This document shows positions 10,244 to 19,410 of a stretch of DNA of 64,000 nucleotides, piece by piece (the stretch's first letter is position 1; every line of letters begins with the position of its first letter). Source of the stretch: a virus (taxonomy: Duplodnaviria; Caudoviricetes); the IMG/VR virus record IMGVR_UViG_3300027819_000006; one strand, written 5' to 3'. Both the position numbers and the translations under genes were made by a program. Under the pieces are notes generated by a model. The model was not told the DNA's origin, did not search any database, and saw only the letters and a program-made list of their open reading frames with translations.

Positions 10244-10448
10244 CTAATTCATCTATTTCATGCAACATGCCGTGATTGACATGTTTAATTCTGAGTAATA
10301 CAGTAGATAGTTCTAAAATTTTATTATCTTGATCTTTCAATTCTGCTAACAGTTTTATCTCTCTTGAAGTCAGAGAATTCTGATACATGAATATCTTTAC
10401 ATCATGAAAGAAATCATTTAGAATTTTTCTTTGTTTCCATCTTTTCAA
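10227..10448 (-). CDS. small hypothetical protein
   Basis: 73 aa ORF in operon. Confidence 0.55.
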   Translation of the reverse strand: MKRWKQRKILNDFFHDVKIFMYQNSLTSREIKLLAELKDQDNKILELSTVLLRIKHVNHGMLHEIDELVDGVL

Positions 10449-10609
10449 AATTTTCTCTTTTTATTACAATTTTCTATTTCTTTTAGCATTTTGTTAAATT
10501 GAATCTTGTTTATATGAATGTAGCTGCTAGCAGATAGTGAATCTATGAATAGTTCATAGTAGTTATTATCTTTTTCTGAGTCTAAAATTGTATGAGAATG
10601 AAAAATCAT
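10445..10609 (-). CDS. 54 aa small protein missed by the ORF track (MIFHSHTILD...KKRKF)
   Basis: ATG at 10609, TGA at 10445; fills the gap exactly. Confidence 0.55.
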   Translation of the reverse strand: MIFHSHTILDSEKDNNYYELFIDSLSASSYIHINKIQFNKMLKEIENCNKKRKF

Positions 10610-10610
10610 A

Positions 10611-10874
10611 TTAGTATAACAACCAATCTAGCATCAAAAAATGTAATATTCTATATGTAACAGATATTCTGTGACTAAATTTTATGTTGTATGTTTTGTC
10701 ATCTATTTGCTGCATAGAAAATTTCAGCTTTTTATCAACTAGAAAATTATAATTGCCAAATGTTTCATGCTTGTCATGCATGATAGCATATTTTATTTTC
10801 TCTTTCAATCTATAATACACTATTTCTGATATATCTATATTATAGATTTTATTTTCATAGTTTATATGAATCAT
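10611..10874 (-). CDS. hypothetical protein
   Basis: 87 aa ORF in operon. Confidence 0.55.
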   Translation of the reverse strand: MIHINYENKIYNIDISEIVYYRLKEKIKYAIMHDKHETFGNYNFLVDKKLKFSMQQIDDKTYNIKFSHRISVTYRILHFLMLDWLLY

Positions 10875-10881
10875 CTATCTA

Positions 10882-11208
10882 TTATACAAAAGTCATTTCA
10901 AATTCTTTTTTGCATATACAACCCTGCAATATCAGAGTTTGCATGTCGCATGTACATATGTCATTAATTGTACTTATTCCATTATTTTTATCTTTGCAAT
11001 TGTGCAAACATTCAAAGATATATTTTATGTTATCTTCTGTATATTTGTGAGTGTCAGGAAAATGTATAGCATCTCTATAACAAAATTCACATGTCAATCT
11101 CAGCTTTTCTTTATAGTTGTCCCAAGTGTCTAATTTTGAATTATATGTGAAACCCAAATGTTTTAAAAATTTTTGTATAGTAGCTATATCTTTATTCATT
11201 TCCAGCAT
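10882..11208 (-). CDS. hypothetical protein with C-terminal CxC-x8-GCxC module
   Basis: ends CTCDMQTLILQGCICKKEFEMTFV. Confidence 0.7.
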   Translation of the reverse strand: MLEMNKDIATIQKFLKHLGFTYNSKLDTWDNYKEKLRLTCEFCYRDAIHFPDTHKYTEDNIKYIFECLHNCKDKNNGISTINDICTCDMQTLILQGCICKKEFEMTFV

Positions 11209-11233
11209 CTCAATTAAATTTTAATACAATAGA

Positions 11234-12097
11234 TTAGCAAATTATACGCCAAACTATATCTATTTCGTCTTCCCAGATGCGAATTAGTCTATAACCATTA
11301 TCTTCAGCTATTCTATTTTTTCTATTATCATTATCAATCTTTCCCTTTTGCCATTCATTTACAGGTCCATTAACATATATTCTAGGATTACAGTGATAAT
11401 AGTTACCATCAACTTCTATTAACATGTTATATTCTGGAATATAAAAATCAAAATAAGATTTATTTAAATAAAACTGACTCTTATACTCTATATTTAAACT
11501 ATCTAAAATCTTAGCTATTTTTATTTCAGGTTTACTTATTCTATATTTAAGACATTTTTCATTTCTATTTTTATTTCTTGCAATCCACATTTCTTCTGCT
11601 TTTTCAAGACCATGTTTTTCTATCCATATATCTTTAAGTGATTTACCATACATGGGATTTTTGCTTCCAGAAACATCTGCATGATTTTCTGACATACTAA
11701 CAGTTGATTTTTTTATTCTTTCATCAGTTTCTTTAGTTAAGCCTTTATTCCATGTTATTATAGATCCTTGTTCAAGCCTTTCTATTCGTGTTTCAGATAT
11801 TTTATTACATGATTCGATAGAATGTTTTCTACCATACATGGGATTATTTTCACCCTTTGCTAAACCTTTTTCTATTCTAGTTTTAGATATTTTAGCTTTA
11901 GTTTCTTCAGATGCTTTTCTCCCTTTCAACTTTCCTGAATTTTTACATTTATGACATTTTCTATTCAGCCCAGTAACTTCGTTCAAGCAATTTGTCGCAG
12001 CACATTTATATTTGATATATTCTATGCATTCTTGACATATTCCAGATTTATTTCTATTGCCTAATTCATTAATACCACAAATATAGCATAATAGCAT
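11234..12097 (-). CDS. free-standing homing-type endonuclease: Zn-finger + NUMOD3 repeats + DUF559/Vsr-like nuclease
   Basis: CxxC pairs; SEETKAKIS and NPMYG repeats; C-term YFDFYIPEYNMLIEVDGNYYH...LIRIWEDEI. Confidence 0.8.
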   Translation of the reverse strand: MLLCYICGINELGNRNKSGICQECIEYIKYKCAATNCLNEVTGLNRKCHKCKNSGKLKGRKASEETKAKISKTRIEKGLAKGENNPMYGRKHSIESCNKISETRIERLEQGSIITWNKGLTKETDERIKKSTVSMSENHADVSGSKNPMYGKSLKDIWIEKHGLEKAEEMWIARNKNRNEKCLKYRISKPEIKIAKILDSLNIEYKSQFYLNKSYFDFYIPEYNMLIEVDGNYYHCNPRIYVNGPVNEWQKGKIDNDNRKNRIAEDNGYRLIRIWEDEIDIVWRIIC

Positions 12098-12114
12098 TAT
12101 ACATTCTCAAATAA

Positions 12115-12196
12115 AAAGACTTACAGTGTGGATAAGAAATAATAGCAAAGCTATTTTCACTGTAAGTCTTTGTAAACTACTATTATTTCTTATCCA
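12115..12196 (-). ncRNA. structured 5' leader with two interleaved perfect inverted repeats (14 bp and 17 bp)
   Basis: 12115-12128 pairs with 12158-12171; 12129-12145 pairs with 12180-12196; lies between a putative promoter and the endonuclease SD. Confidence 0.65.
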
Positions 12197-12207
12197 ATAA
12201 TAAATAT
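12197..12207 (-). promoter_or_regulatory. putative late promoter TATATTTATTA
   Basis: same motif recurs in intergenic gaps at 19259, 54766, 58535, 59411, 61075 and 63542, each upstream of a minus-strand gene. Confidence 0.55.
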
Positions 12208-12229
12208 ATTTGAGAAAATGCAAAATGCA

Positions 12230-14608
12230 TTATTTTAGTTTACATTTTATAAAAAATCCCTTATCGATATCTTGTAAATATTCATATTCTAAATTTACTA
12301 AATTTAACAAATATTCTATAGCTTTAGGAGTTGGTAGCCATACGTGCTCTCCCTTACCTATGGTTTGCCATCTCTGCATATGTTCTTGTGCTTCTATGCA
12401 TCTAAAATTTGGACATCCTATAAATAATAGTGAATTTTCATGCATCAAATTTTTACAATTATTTAAGAATTCTAAAGGATTTGTATGCTCTATTACTTGA
12501 TCAGAAAATAGAATATCAAATTTTTTATCAGTAAATAGTTCAAAACTACCATATAGAAGCTTGTTTTTTAATTCTGGGAATAATTCTAATCCTTTATCTA
12601 TGCTGGGCTTATTTATATCTACTCCTACAGCATCATAGCCTTCTTCTATAGCAGCTTTTACAACCAGTCCGCAGTTAGCTCCAATATCTATAAAAGAACC
12701 TGAATTTTTGTACTGCTTAGCTTTCAAAACATTGGGTTTAGAATGATTATTAAAAACTTCTTGCCATCTAAAACTATATTCATCAGATATATTCTTCTCT
12801 TGATCTATATGTATATTGTAATCATTTTTCTGTATGAAATCTAATTCCTCATTTACATAGTATTGACTTCCTGGAATATTAAAATAGAATTTAGATTTTT
12901 TGCTATTATCTATCATTAGCTTAGGTTTTTCTAAGAATTTATCAATAGCTGCTATAACATGCTCTGGTTCGATGCTAGACATGCATATAAATTGACTAGT
13001 GTTTACGCATTTTGGAATAAAAGTTAATCCACCATTGTCTAACAAGTTAAAAAATTGTGAATGTTTGCATGAAATGCATTCTAGAGCATTATTCTGTATA
13101 TAGTATATATATTCTCTGTTAGCATTGCTTAAATAAGTAGAAGCTGCTCCATTGATAGCGATAGAGGGAATATTAAATGATCTTGCTATATGAATTGGAC
13201 CATTATCTCCACCTAAGAAAAATTCGCTATGTTTAATTAGAGATAATAGTGTTTTTAAATCGACTTTATGATACTTGCTGTCTGTCAATTCAGAAAAATC
13301 AGATAGACCAGGCTCTATTACTTTATGACCTTTTTTTTGTAAATATTCTATTATAGATTTATATTTAGCTTGTCCTAAAGTTTTTCCTCCCCACCCGCTA
13401 CCATCTGCTACTACCACAACATAGGGTTTTAAATGAGAAAAATCTTCATATAGATGATTACTATTATCTAGTTCAGCATATTTATCTTTTGGATTATTAA
13501 ACGTTATATCTGCTGTTCTAGCATAGGAATCAATGAATAATTTATTTTTTGAGCTCTCATATGATAGATCGAGAGAGATTTTTAACTGATGATTAGTATT
13601 GTTTAAATGATCTTCTAATATTAATTTGTCATCTATTTTTACTATTTCATCGGGCTTATGAGCAAAATATTCTACTATTTCAGGTTTAGCTGTATAGAAA
13701 GTAATTTTGCATCCTTCATATTTTTGTCTTAATTTCTTTACTATCGGCTCACATAGCAATATATCTCCAATACCAACTACACGAGAAATTCCAATGTCAA
13801 CTATTCCAGATGTCTGTTTTAGTATATCTAATATTCTATTATTGTGTTCTGTAAATGCAGCATTTCCCATCAGAGTTGGAAATGTTCTCTTTATTTCTAT
13901 ATCATCATCTTTTTCTATAATTTCTTCTTTAATGTCTACAGATTTAGGTGCTCCAATTTGCTTAGCTATATCTTCCAAAGACATCTGCTGTTTTCCACCA
14001 CCAAATTTGACCCATTGAACAACAGTAATTTCTGCTGGTATGCAACCTCTATATCCTTTTTCTGCCCATTGCTTCAGTACAAGCCCAGGCATGAATAGAG
14101 GCTGTCCATCTTTTACTTCTACACATTTATTCCAGTCTACTTCTACATCTTTGAAATGACAGATTTCATCTAAACATATTTCTTCTATTTTTGGAGGATT
14201 TGATATTCTGAAACCAATTGTATTCAGAGGATGATCTGGAATATCTACATTTCTATATTCGCAATGTCCAAGAGCATATTTACAGTGCTTATTATTTGCA
14301 AAATCTTCTAAATGTGCAGCTATATGTCTTGGAAACCACATTATGTTATTGACAGTCTTGTAAAAAATAATATCAGCAGAAGCTAACTTAAGTGCCTCAT
14401 TGAATAGAGAGACACTCTCGTCAGTTTTAATAAATCTTATATTTAGAGATATTTCTTTACACTTCTCTTTAACAGTATCTAAATCTCTTATAGAAGACAC
14501 AATTAAATCTATATTTTTATGAGTCTGTTCAAACACATTCTTGATAGAGTTTTGAACATGTATGTCATCTGAATTTTCAGCTATTAATATGACGGTTACT
14601 AAATCCAA
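12230..14608 (-). CDS. multidomain glycosyltransferase: GT2-like + GT9-like + class I SAM methyltransferase
   Basis: RVVGIGDILL, FFLGGDNGPIHIARSF (GT9); FIDIGANCG and FSDQVIEH (MTase). Confidence 0.8.
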   Translation of the reverse strand: MDLVTVILIAENSDDIHVQNSIKNVFEQTHKNIDLIVSSIRDLDTVKEKCKEISLNIRFIKTDESVSLFNEALKLASADIIFYKTVNNIMWFPRHIAAHLEDFANNKHCKYALGHCEYRNVDIPDHPLNTIGFRISNPPKIEEICLDEICHFKDVEVDWNKCVEVKDGQPLFMPGLVLKQWAEKGYRGCIPAEITVVQWVKFGGGKQQMSLEDIAKQIGAPKSVDIKEEIIEKDDDIEIKRTFPTLMGNAAFTEHNNRILDILKQTSGIVDIGISRVVGIGDILLCEPIVKKLRQKYEGCKITFYTAKPEIVEYFAHKPDEIVKIDDKLILEDHLNNTNHQLKISLDLSYESSKNKLFIDSYARTADITFNNPKDKYAELDNSNHLYEDFSHLKPYVVVVADGSGWGGKTLGQAKYKSIIEYLQKKGHKVIEPGLSDFSELTDSKYHKVDLKTLLSLIKHSEFFLGGDNGPIHIARSFNIPSIAINGAASTYLSNANREYIYYIQNNALECISCKHSQFFNLLDNGGLTFIPKCVNTSQFICMSSIEPEHVIAAIDKFLEKPKLMIDNSKKSKFYFNIPGSQYYVNEELDFIQKNDYNIHIDQEKNISDEYSFRWQEVFNNHSKPNVLKAKQYKNSGSFIDIGANCGLVVKAAIEEGYDAVGVDINKPSIDKGLELFPELKNKLLYGSFELFTDKKFDILFSDQVIEHTNPLEFLNNCKNLMHENSLLFIGCPNFRCIEAQEHMQRWQTIGKGEHVWLPTPKAIEYLLNLVNLEYEYLQDIDKGFFIKCKLK

Positions 14609-14615
14609 GTTTTTA

Positions 14616-15128
14616 TTAACCTACCTTTTCTTCATCATACTGATCTTCTAAATCAGATCTCTTATGAATAATTTTTACAAGTCTTGTGTCAATTTTCTTA
14701 ATTTCAGATACATTCTCAGAATTATGTTTAGTCAGAACAATACAATTTCTATAATTAGACCAGTCAACCATGAATTTGTTGTCTAAATTTCCATTGTTCT
14801 GTATTTTTACAAGCTCATTAAGAGCATTCAAAGTATATAGAGTGTTTGTATCTTTCTTTCTGTGTAGAGATACAGTATTTTCTACTATATCAGAAAATTT
14901 ATTAATCTTGTCCTTGTCAACATTATAAGTCAGAACATATTGATGTGGTTTTGTAGTGTCTCTAAGAAGAAATACTTTCTCATTGATGACACTAAAATTA
15001 TTAAAAATGTCATAAACAGTGTTTCTAATACTTCCTTTTTTGACGAATGTTGCTAATAACATTAGATTTACATTCTGTCCATTGTAACCCTTATTTTCTG
15101 ATTCTATAACAACCTCTTGATCTTCCAT
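14616..15128 (-). CDS. conserved large-phage hypothetical protein
   Basis: LLATFV...YTLNALNEL...WSNYRNCIVLT pattern. Confidence 0.65.
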   Translation of the reverse strand: MEDQEVVIESENKGYNGQNVNLMLLATFVKKGSIRNTVYDIFNNFSVINEKVFLLRDTTKPHQYVLTYNVDKDKINKFSDIVENTVSLHRKKDTNTLYTLNALNELVKIQNNGNLDNKFMVDWSNYRNCIVLTKHNSENVSEIKKIDTRLVKIIHKRSDLEDQYDEEKVG

Positions 15129-15135
15129 GACAAAA

Positions 15136-15861
15136 CTAATCCTTTCTTGAAACTAATATGTTTAATTGTTTGTGAACCAATTCGTGTAGAAGATCTAATG
15201 ATTCTTTTTCTTCTACTTTCATTTCACTTAATATTTTTATAAAACTAACAGCAAAATTTTTAAACTTGTAGTCTTCAAAAAATTCTACTAGATATTCTTC
15301 TGGAATTTTATTTAGGATAGTAGAGGCAATATCTTCTTTACTGATTATCTTCACTATTTCTTTAATCTCATCTACTATTACAGCCTTATTCATGTCATCT
15401 AAATCTCTACCATCCAATAAAGAGTTTAATTCATCTACTACATTTTTAAACACTCTATATAGTTTTCTTTTATCTTTTACTATCCAGTTCTCATATTGCT
15501 CAGCATTACCAGTAAAAGAAACTATGTCATTCACATTAATATAGTGAGTACCATCAGATCTGCTTCTGATTTTGTTGACTAAATATGATTCTAGTAGATG
15601 TTTAACTTTCTTAAACATCTCTTCATCATGCATGAATTTGTTTCTTAGAGCCATCATGGACTCACTTACTACAAATTCATAGATGTTTTTAATTTTTTCT
15701 AATAGCTCTGATTTGCTACTTTCATCTGAAACTTTAGATGTTCTAATGTTGTTTTTGTCTTGAATATGCTTTTTAAATTTGTCAAAAACATCTTCTTTAT
15801 TGATTCTAAATAATATTTCTATAGGAGCTGTAGCTTTGTCTGCTGTTTCTTCTGACATCAA
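15136..15861 (-). CDS. hypothetical helical protein
   Basis: 241 aa ORF. Confidence 0.65.
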   Translation of the reverse strand: MMSEETADKATAPIEILFRINKEDVFDKFKKHIQDKNNIRTSKVSDESSKSELLEKIKNIYEFVVSESMMALRNKFMHDEEMFKKVKHLLESYLVNKIRSRSDGTHYINVNDIVSFTGNAEQYENWIVKDKRKLYRVFKNVVDELNSLLDGRDLDDMNKAVIVDEIKEIVKIISKEDIASTILNKIPEEYLVEFFEDYKFKNFAVSFIKILSEMKVEEKESLDLLHELVHKQLNILVSRKD

Positions 15862-17186
15862 ATTTCTCCAATTTTGTTACATTTTAGAGTATAAAGAACA
15901 AATTCATTTTCTAAAATATTTAATGATTCTTTTACTATATCAAATAGCAAATGATGCTCTTCTACAAAACAGTCTAATATAATAGAATCATGCTTTGTAG
16001 CTATTATTTTTGACTTCAAGTTGTTTCTAATAATGTTTGATTGAAAATTTGACACAAACTTTAAGAATATACATACTGCTTCATTCTGACAAAGATTATT
16101 AATGCTCTTGTCTTGAACATCTTCTAAACTGGTGTAAGATATGCTCTTTCCAGAAGAGCATACTATCTTCCTATTTTCTATACTCTTTATGTATTGTAAG
16201 ATTCTAAATTTTAATTCTTTAATTTCTTTAATAGTTTCTAATTCTTTATTTCTATTTTTGTAACCATAAAGAAATGGTATAATAGAATTTTTTAAATTAG
16301 TTCTATTCTTTTTTAGAATTTTAGAATAATAAGTATAAAAATCAGTTTCTAAAAGCTTGATTCTAAAGATTTTATATAGCGTCTTAATCTCAAAATTTGA
16401 AAAGTCAAGAGACACAATTATACCCTGATCATCAAATCTACTCACAATACATTTTTCATACTTCTTCTGAATTGTGTGAAAACTTGAAGATAACCTTCCA
16501 GTACTGGTTTTAGTAAGGCTATAACTTAAGTTAGCTATTTTACTATTCTCTATATAGTCATTGTAATAATTTTTTATGTGGCTATAAACATAGTTTGCAT
16601 GATTTATATCAATATTTATTTTATTTGTTTCTATAATAGAATATGTTATAGAAACTTCATGCAATAGTTTCGTAAATTCATTTTCTTTATAGTTATTCTC
16701 TATATAGTTCTTAAGTTTATTTAATACTACTGTCTCATCTATTAAACTTTTATTTAATAAATTTTCATTAAATATTTGATAAGGGACTATAGATAGATCA
16801 TAGCTTTTATTAACAAAGCTTTTCAGATCATTTCTATATTTTGTTCCAGTAATATTTCTGATCTCTTCATCATCTAGATCTAAATCTTTGTTCAGAATAT
16901 TGCTTAAAGCTATTCTGACATCAATAAATTTAGTATGATCTAATATTATATTTTGTTCAGCAAATGCTTTTGAAAATTCTTTTAAGTCATAAATGTATAA
17001 TCTATTCAACTTATGAATGTTTTCTGCTATCAGCTTTATATCTATACAATTTAGAACATAAATTTCATCATTGCTGCAAAAGCAGAATCTGACTAGTTTG
17101 TTGTCAGAACTGCTTTTGTAATTTATGATGCTGTCATCTTTGAAATTGCTGAAAAATATGTCTTCGTTTACATAGAACACTTTCAT
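15858..17186 (-). CDS. divergent family A DNA polymerase-like protein
   Basis: TSTGRLSS, SLDFSNFEIK (motif A), CQNEA, TKHDSI (motif C). Confidence 0.7.
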   Translation of the reverse strand: MKVFYVNEDIFFSNFKDDSIINYKSSSDNKLVRFCFCSNDEIYVLNCIDIKLIAENIHKLNRLYIYDLKEFSKAFAEQNIILDHTKFIDVRIALSNILNKDLDLDDEEIRNITGTKYRNDLKSFVNKSYDLSIVPYQIFNENLLNKSLIDETVVLNKLKNYIENNYKENEFTKLLHEVSITYSIIETNKINIDINHANYVYSHIKNYYNDYIENSKIANLSYSLTKTSTGRLSSSFHTIQKKYEKCIVSRFDDQGIIVSLDFSNFEIKTLYKIFRIKLLETDFYTYYSKILKKNRTNLKNSIIPFLYGYKNRNKELETIKEIKELKFRILQYIKSIENRKIVCSSGKSISYTSLEDVQDKSINNLCQNEAVCIFLKFVSNFQSNIIRNNLKSKIIATKHDSIILDCFVEEHHLLFDIVKESLNILENEFVLYTLKCNKIGEI

Positions 17187-17192
17187 GTAGAT

Positions 17193-18359
17193 CTATCCGA
17201 TCTTTATTGACTTAACGATATGCTGTCCAGGCAGAGAACATAAATAATTCTGCATTATTTCAGTAGCAGACAAACTTCTATTAAATATTCTAGTAAGCCC
17301 TATAACTCCTGTCAGTCCTGAATTAGACAAATCTAATGATTTACCAATCACCAATCTTGAATTTGCTATCAGTTGTGGAATTGATGTAAAAGCACTATAA
17401 GAAGCACATGCTCCATTTATATAGATTGTAGCACCAGAAAAACTTCCAGTACTTCCATCAAATGTAGCAGCAACATGATACCATTTGCCTAAAGCCAAAG
17501 GACCAGCAGTGAAACTATTAGTCCCTATGTTCAATTTTAATACACCTGAATCTTCTTTTAATCCCAAAGTTTCAGTAGCACCAGATCCTATAGACATTAT
17601 CTGGCTGTGACTGGTAGCAGCAAATTTCACAAAGCATAATACAGACATTCCTGATAATGCTGTGCTAACAGGATTGAATAAAGCTGATGACGCACTTTCC
17701 ATCCAAGATTTACCATCAAATCTAAATCCGCCATCACAAGGAGAATAAGTCCAACCTGTCACAGTAGCACTTAATCCATCTCCTGAAGCGCAACCTTTAA
17801 TACTAGCATTCAGAGAATTTCCTGATCTATCTGCTACAGCAGTTAAAGAAGTACTCAATTCTTGTCTGTTATATGTATAATATAATACAAGACTTGATCC
17901 AGTTACACCATTAGAGGGTAGTTGATCAATATTTGGTCTTATTCCTGTACCAAAATAATTTAGAAGACCTAGTCTCTGAAAACCACTTAGAGAAATATCT
18001 CCAAAATAAACTCCTAAATCGTTTATAATGACACTCAATTTATTATAATTAGACATAGCTGTACTGATAATATATTGAGTAGAGTCAGAAGTCATGCTTC
18101 CTTGCTGAGCTGTATGAGACTGACAATACAAAGCTTGAGAACCTGTAACTGAAGATAGACCGGCTGTAGTTCCAATAGTCAAATATAGAGTTCCGCTGCC
18201 ACCATCATTAGTATTGCTTCTGATTCTGCCTACAGAGATAAAATTATTTCCTGTAAGAGCATCAGATTGTACTAAATTGAATATAGGCTGCTCATTGAAA
18301 GATCCGGTATTACCAAGGAACTTTAGTTTTGTCTCAATAATGAAATTGTCAGTCTGCAT
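17193..18359 (-). CDS. virion structural protein with LamG/concanavalin-like domain
   Basis: S/T/G-rich; KWYHVAATFDG, IYING, RIFNRSLSATEI. Confidence 0.8.
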   Translation of the reverse strand: MQTDNFIIETKLKFLGNTGSFNEQPIFNLVQSDALTGNNFISVGRIRSNTNDGGSGTLYLTIGTTAGLSSVTGSQALYCQSHTAQQGSMTSDSTQYIISTAMSNYNKLSVIINDLGVYFGDISLSGFQRLGLLNYFGTGIRPNIDQLPSNGVTGSSLVLYYTYNRQELSTSLTAVADRSGNSLNASIKGCASGDGLSATVTGWTYSPCDGGFRFDGKSWMESASSALFNPVSTALSGMSVLCFVKFAATSHSQIMSIGSGATETLGLKEDSGVLKLNIGTNSFTAGPLALGKWYHVAATFDGSTGSFSGATIYINGACASYSAFTSIPQLIANSRLVIGKSLDLSNSGLTGVIGLTRIFNRSLSATEIMQNYLCSLPGQHIVKSIKIG

Positions 18360-19161
18360 TTATTTCACCATTATACCAAATTTCTATAAATTTACATTTA
18401 AGAAAATTTTTTATTTCATTTTTTCTTGTTTTATCTTTTTCAATTGCATATTCATGTCTTTTTTCATAGTATTCTATAACAATATTTTTTTCTTTATCAT
18501 ATCCATCTACAAAATATCCTAATTCTTTTATATGAAATTCTCCACCGTTCATTCCATGCTGAAAATTATAGTTATACTGCTTACCATATTCATCAATAAT
18601 TTCACAAGCTTTGGGACTGAATATAGGAAATACTTTACCTATTTTTTCTAAAAATGCTATAGCTTTTATTTTTTTTTTAATTTTAGTTTCGTCAGATTGT
18701 TTAAATTTCATTCCTTTGTTCCAAGCTATTTGTCCCTTATGAGCTTTACTATTTTTCAATCTGTGTTCTTTAGTTTGAACTCTGCCTGTCATAGCTTTCG
18801 ATCTTTTAATATTGGATTCTTCCGAATTCCAAACTTCATTATTATTTTTTCTACTTCTAATTCTTTTATTGTTTCTTTCTAAATCTTTTTTATAATTTTT
18901 CTTATTTCCTTCACTTATATTCTTTTTATGCTCTTCTGTTTGAGGACTCGATTTTCTTTTCTTACCTTATTGTCTACAACCATCTCTATTTCCTATTTTT
19001 GAACAACTTCTACATAATGTTGAAAAAACATTAATTGTATTGTTACACAAATCATTACTACATTTCTTTGTATTAATTCTATGTTTACCACAATACTCTA
19101 TACCCCTCTTTTCTGAATTTATATTTATTTTTTTATTACAATTTTCAGTTTTACATTTCAT
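18349..19161 (-). pseudogene. Zn-finger/NUMOD3/PD-(D/E)XK-type endonuclease with one in-frame TAA at 18967-18969
   Basis: track ORFs 18967-19161 and 18349-18792 are in the same frame with an open 58-codon linker (GKKRKSSPQTEEHKKNIS...); C-term YFVDGYDKEKNIVIEYYE. Confidence 0.75.
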
Positions 19162-19172
19162 GGTGTTTCTCT

Positions 19173-19260
19173 AAATTAAAATTGCTAAGTATTGGATCTT
19201 AAAAGACTATATGTCTAAAGATGCTTAGCAATTAGAATTTAAGTCTTTTAAGATCCAATA
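19173..19260 (-). ncRNA. second structured 5' leader with interleaved inverted repeats
   Basis: 19180-19189 pairs with 19224-19233 (extends to 19173/19240 with a 2x2 loop); 19190-19208 pairs with 19242-19260 (19 bp perfect). Confidence 0.65.
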
Positions 19261-19410
19261 ATAAATATAACTGAATATAAAAAAAACAAAATTGACACTA
19301 TTGAAGCTCCTTTATAGATATTTCTCAATAAATTCTCTACTGTTAAACCACTTTTCATGAAAATTGTTATTTTAGTAATCTGGATTATATCAAATTTAGA
19401 GAACCATTCC

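Noticed and set aside
19200-19220. Group I intron S-element look-alike (ACATATAGTCT)
   Set aside because: No P, Q or R elements and no flanking exons; it is part of the inverted-repeat leader
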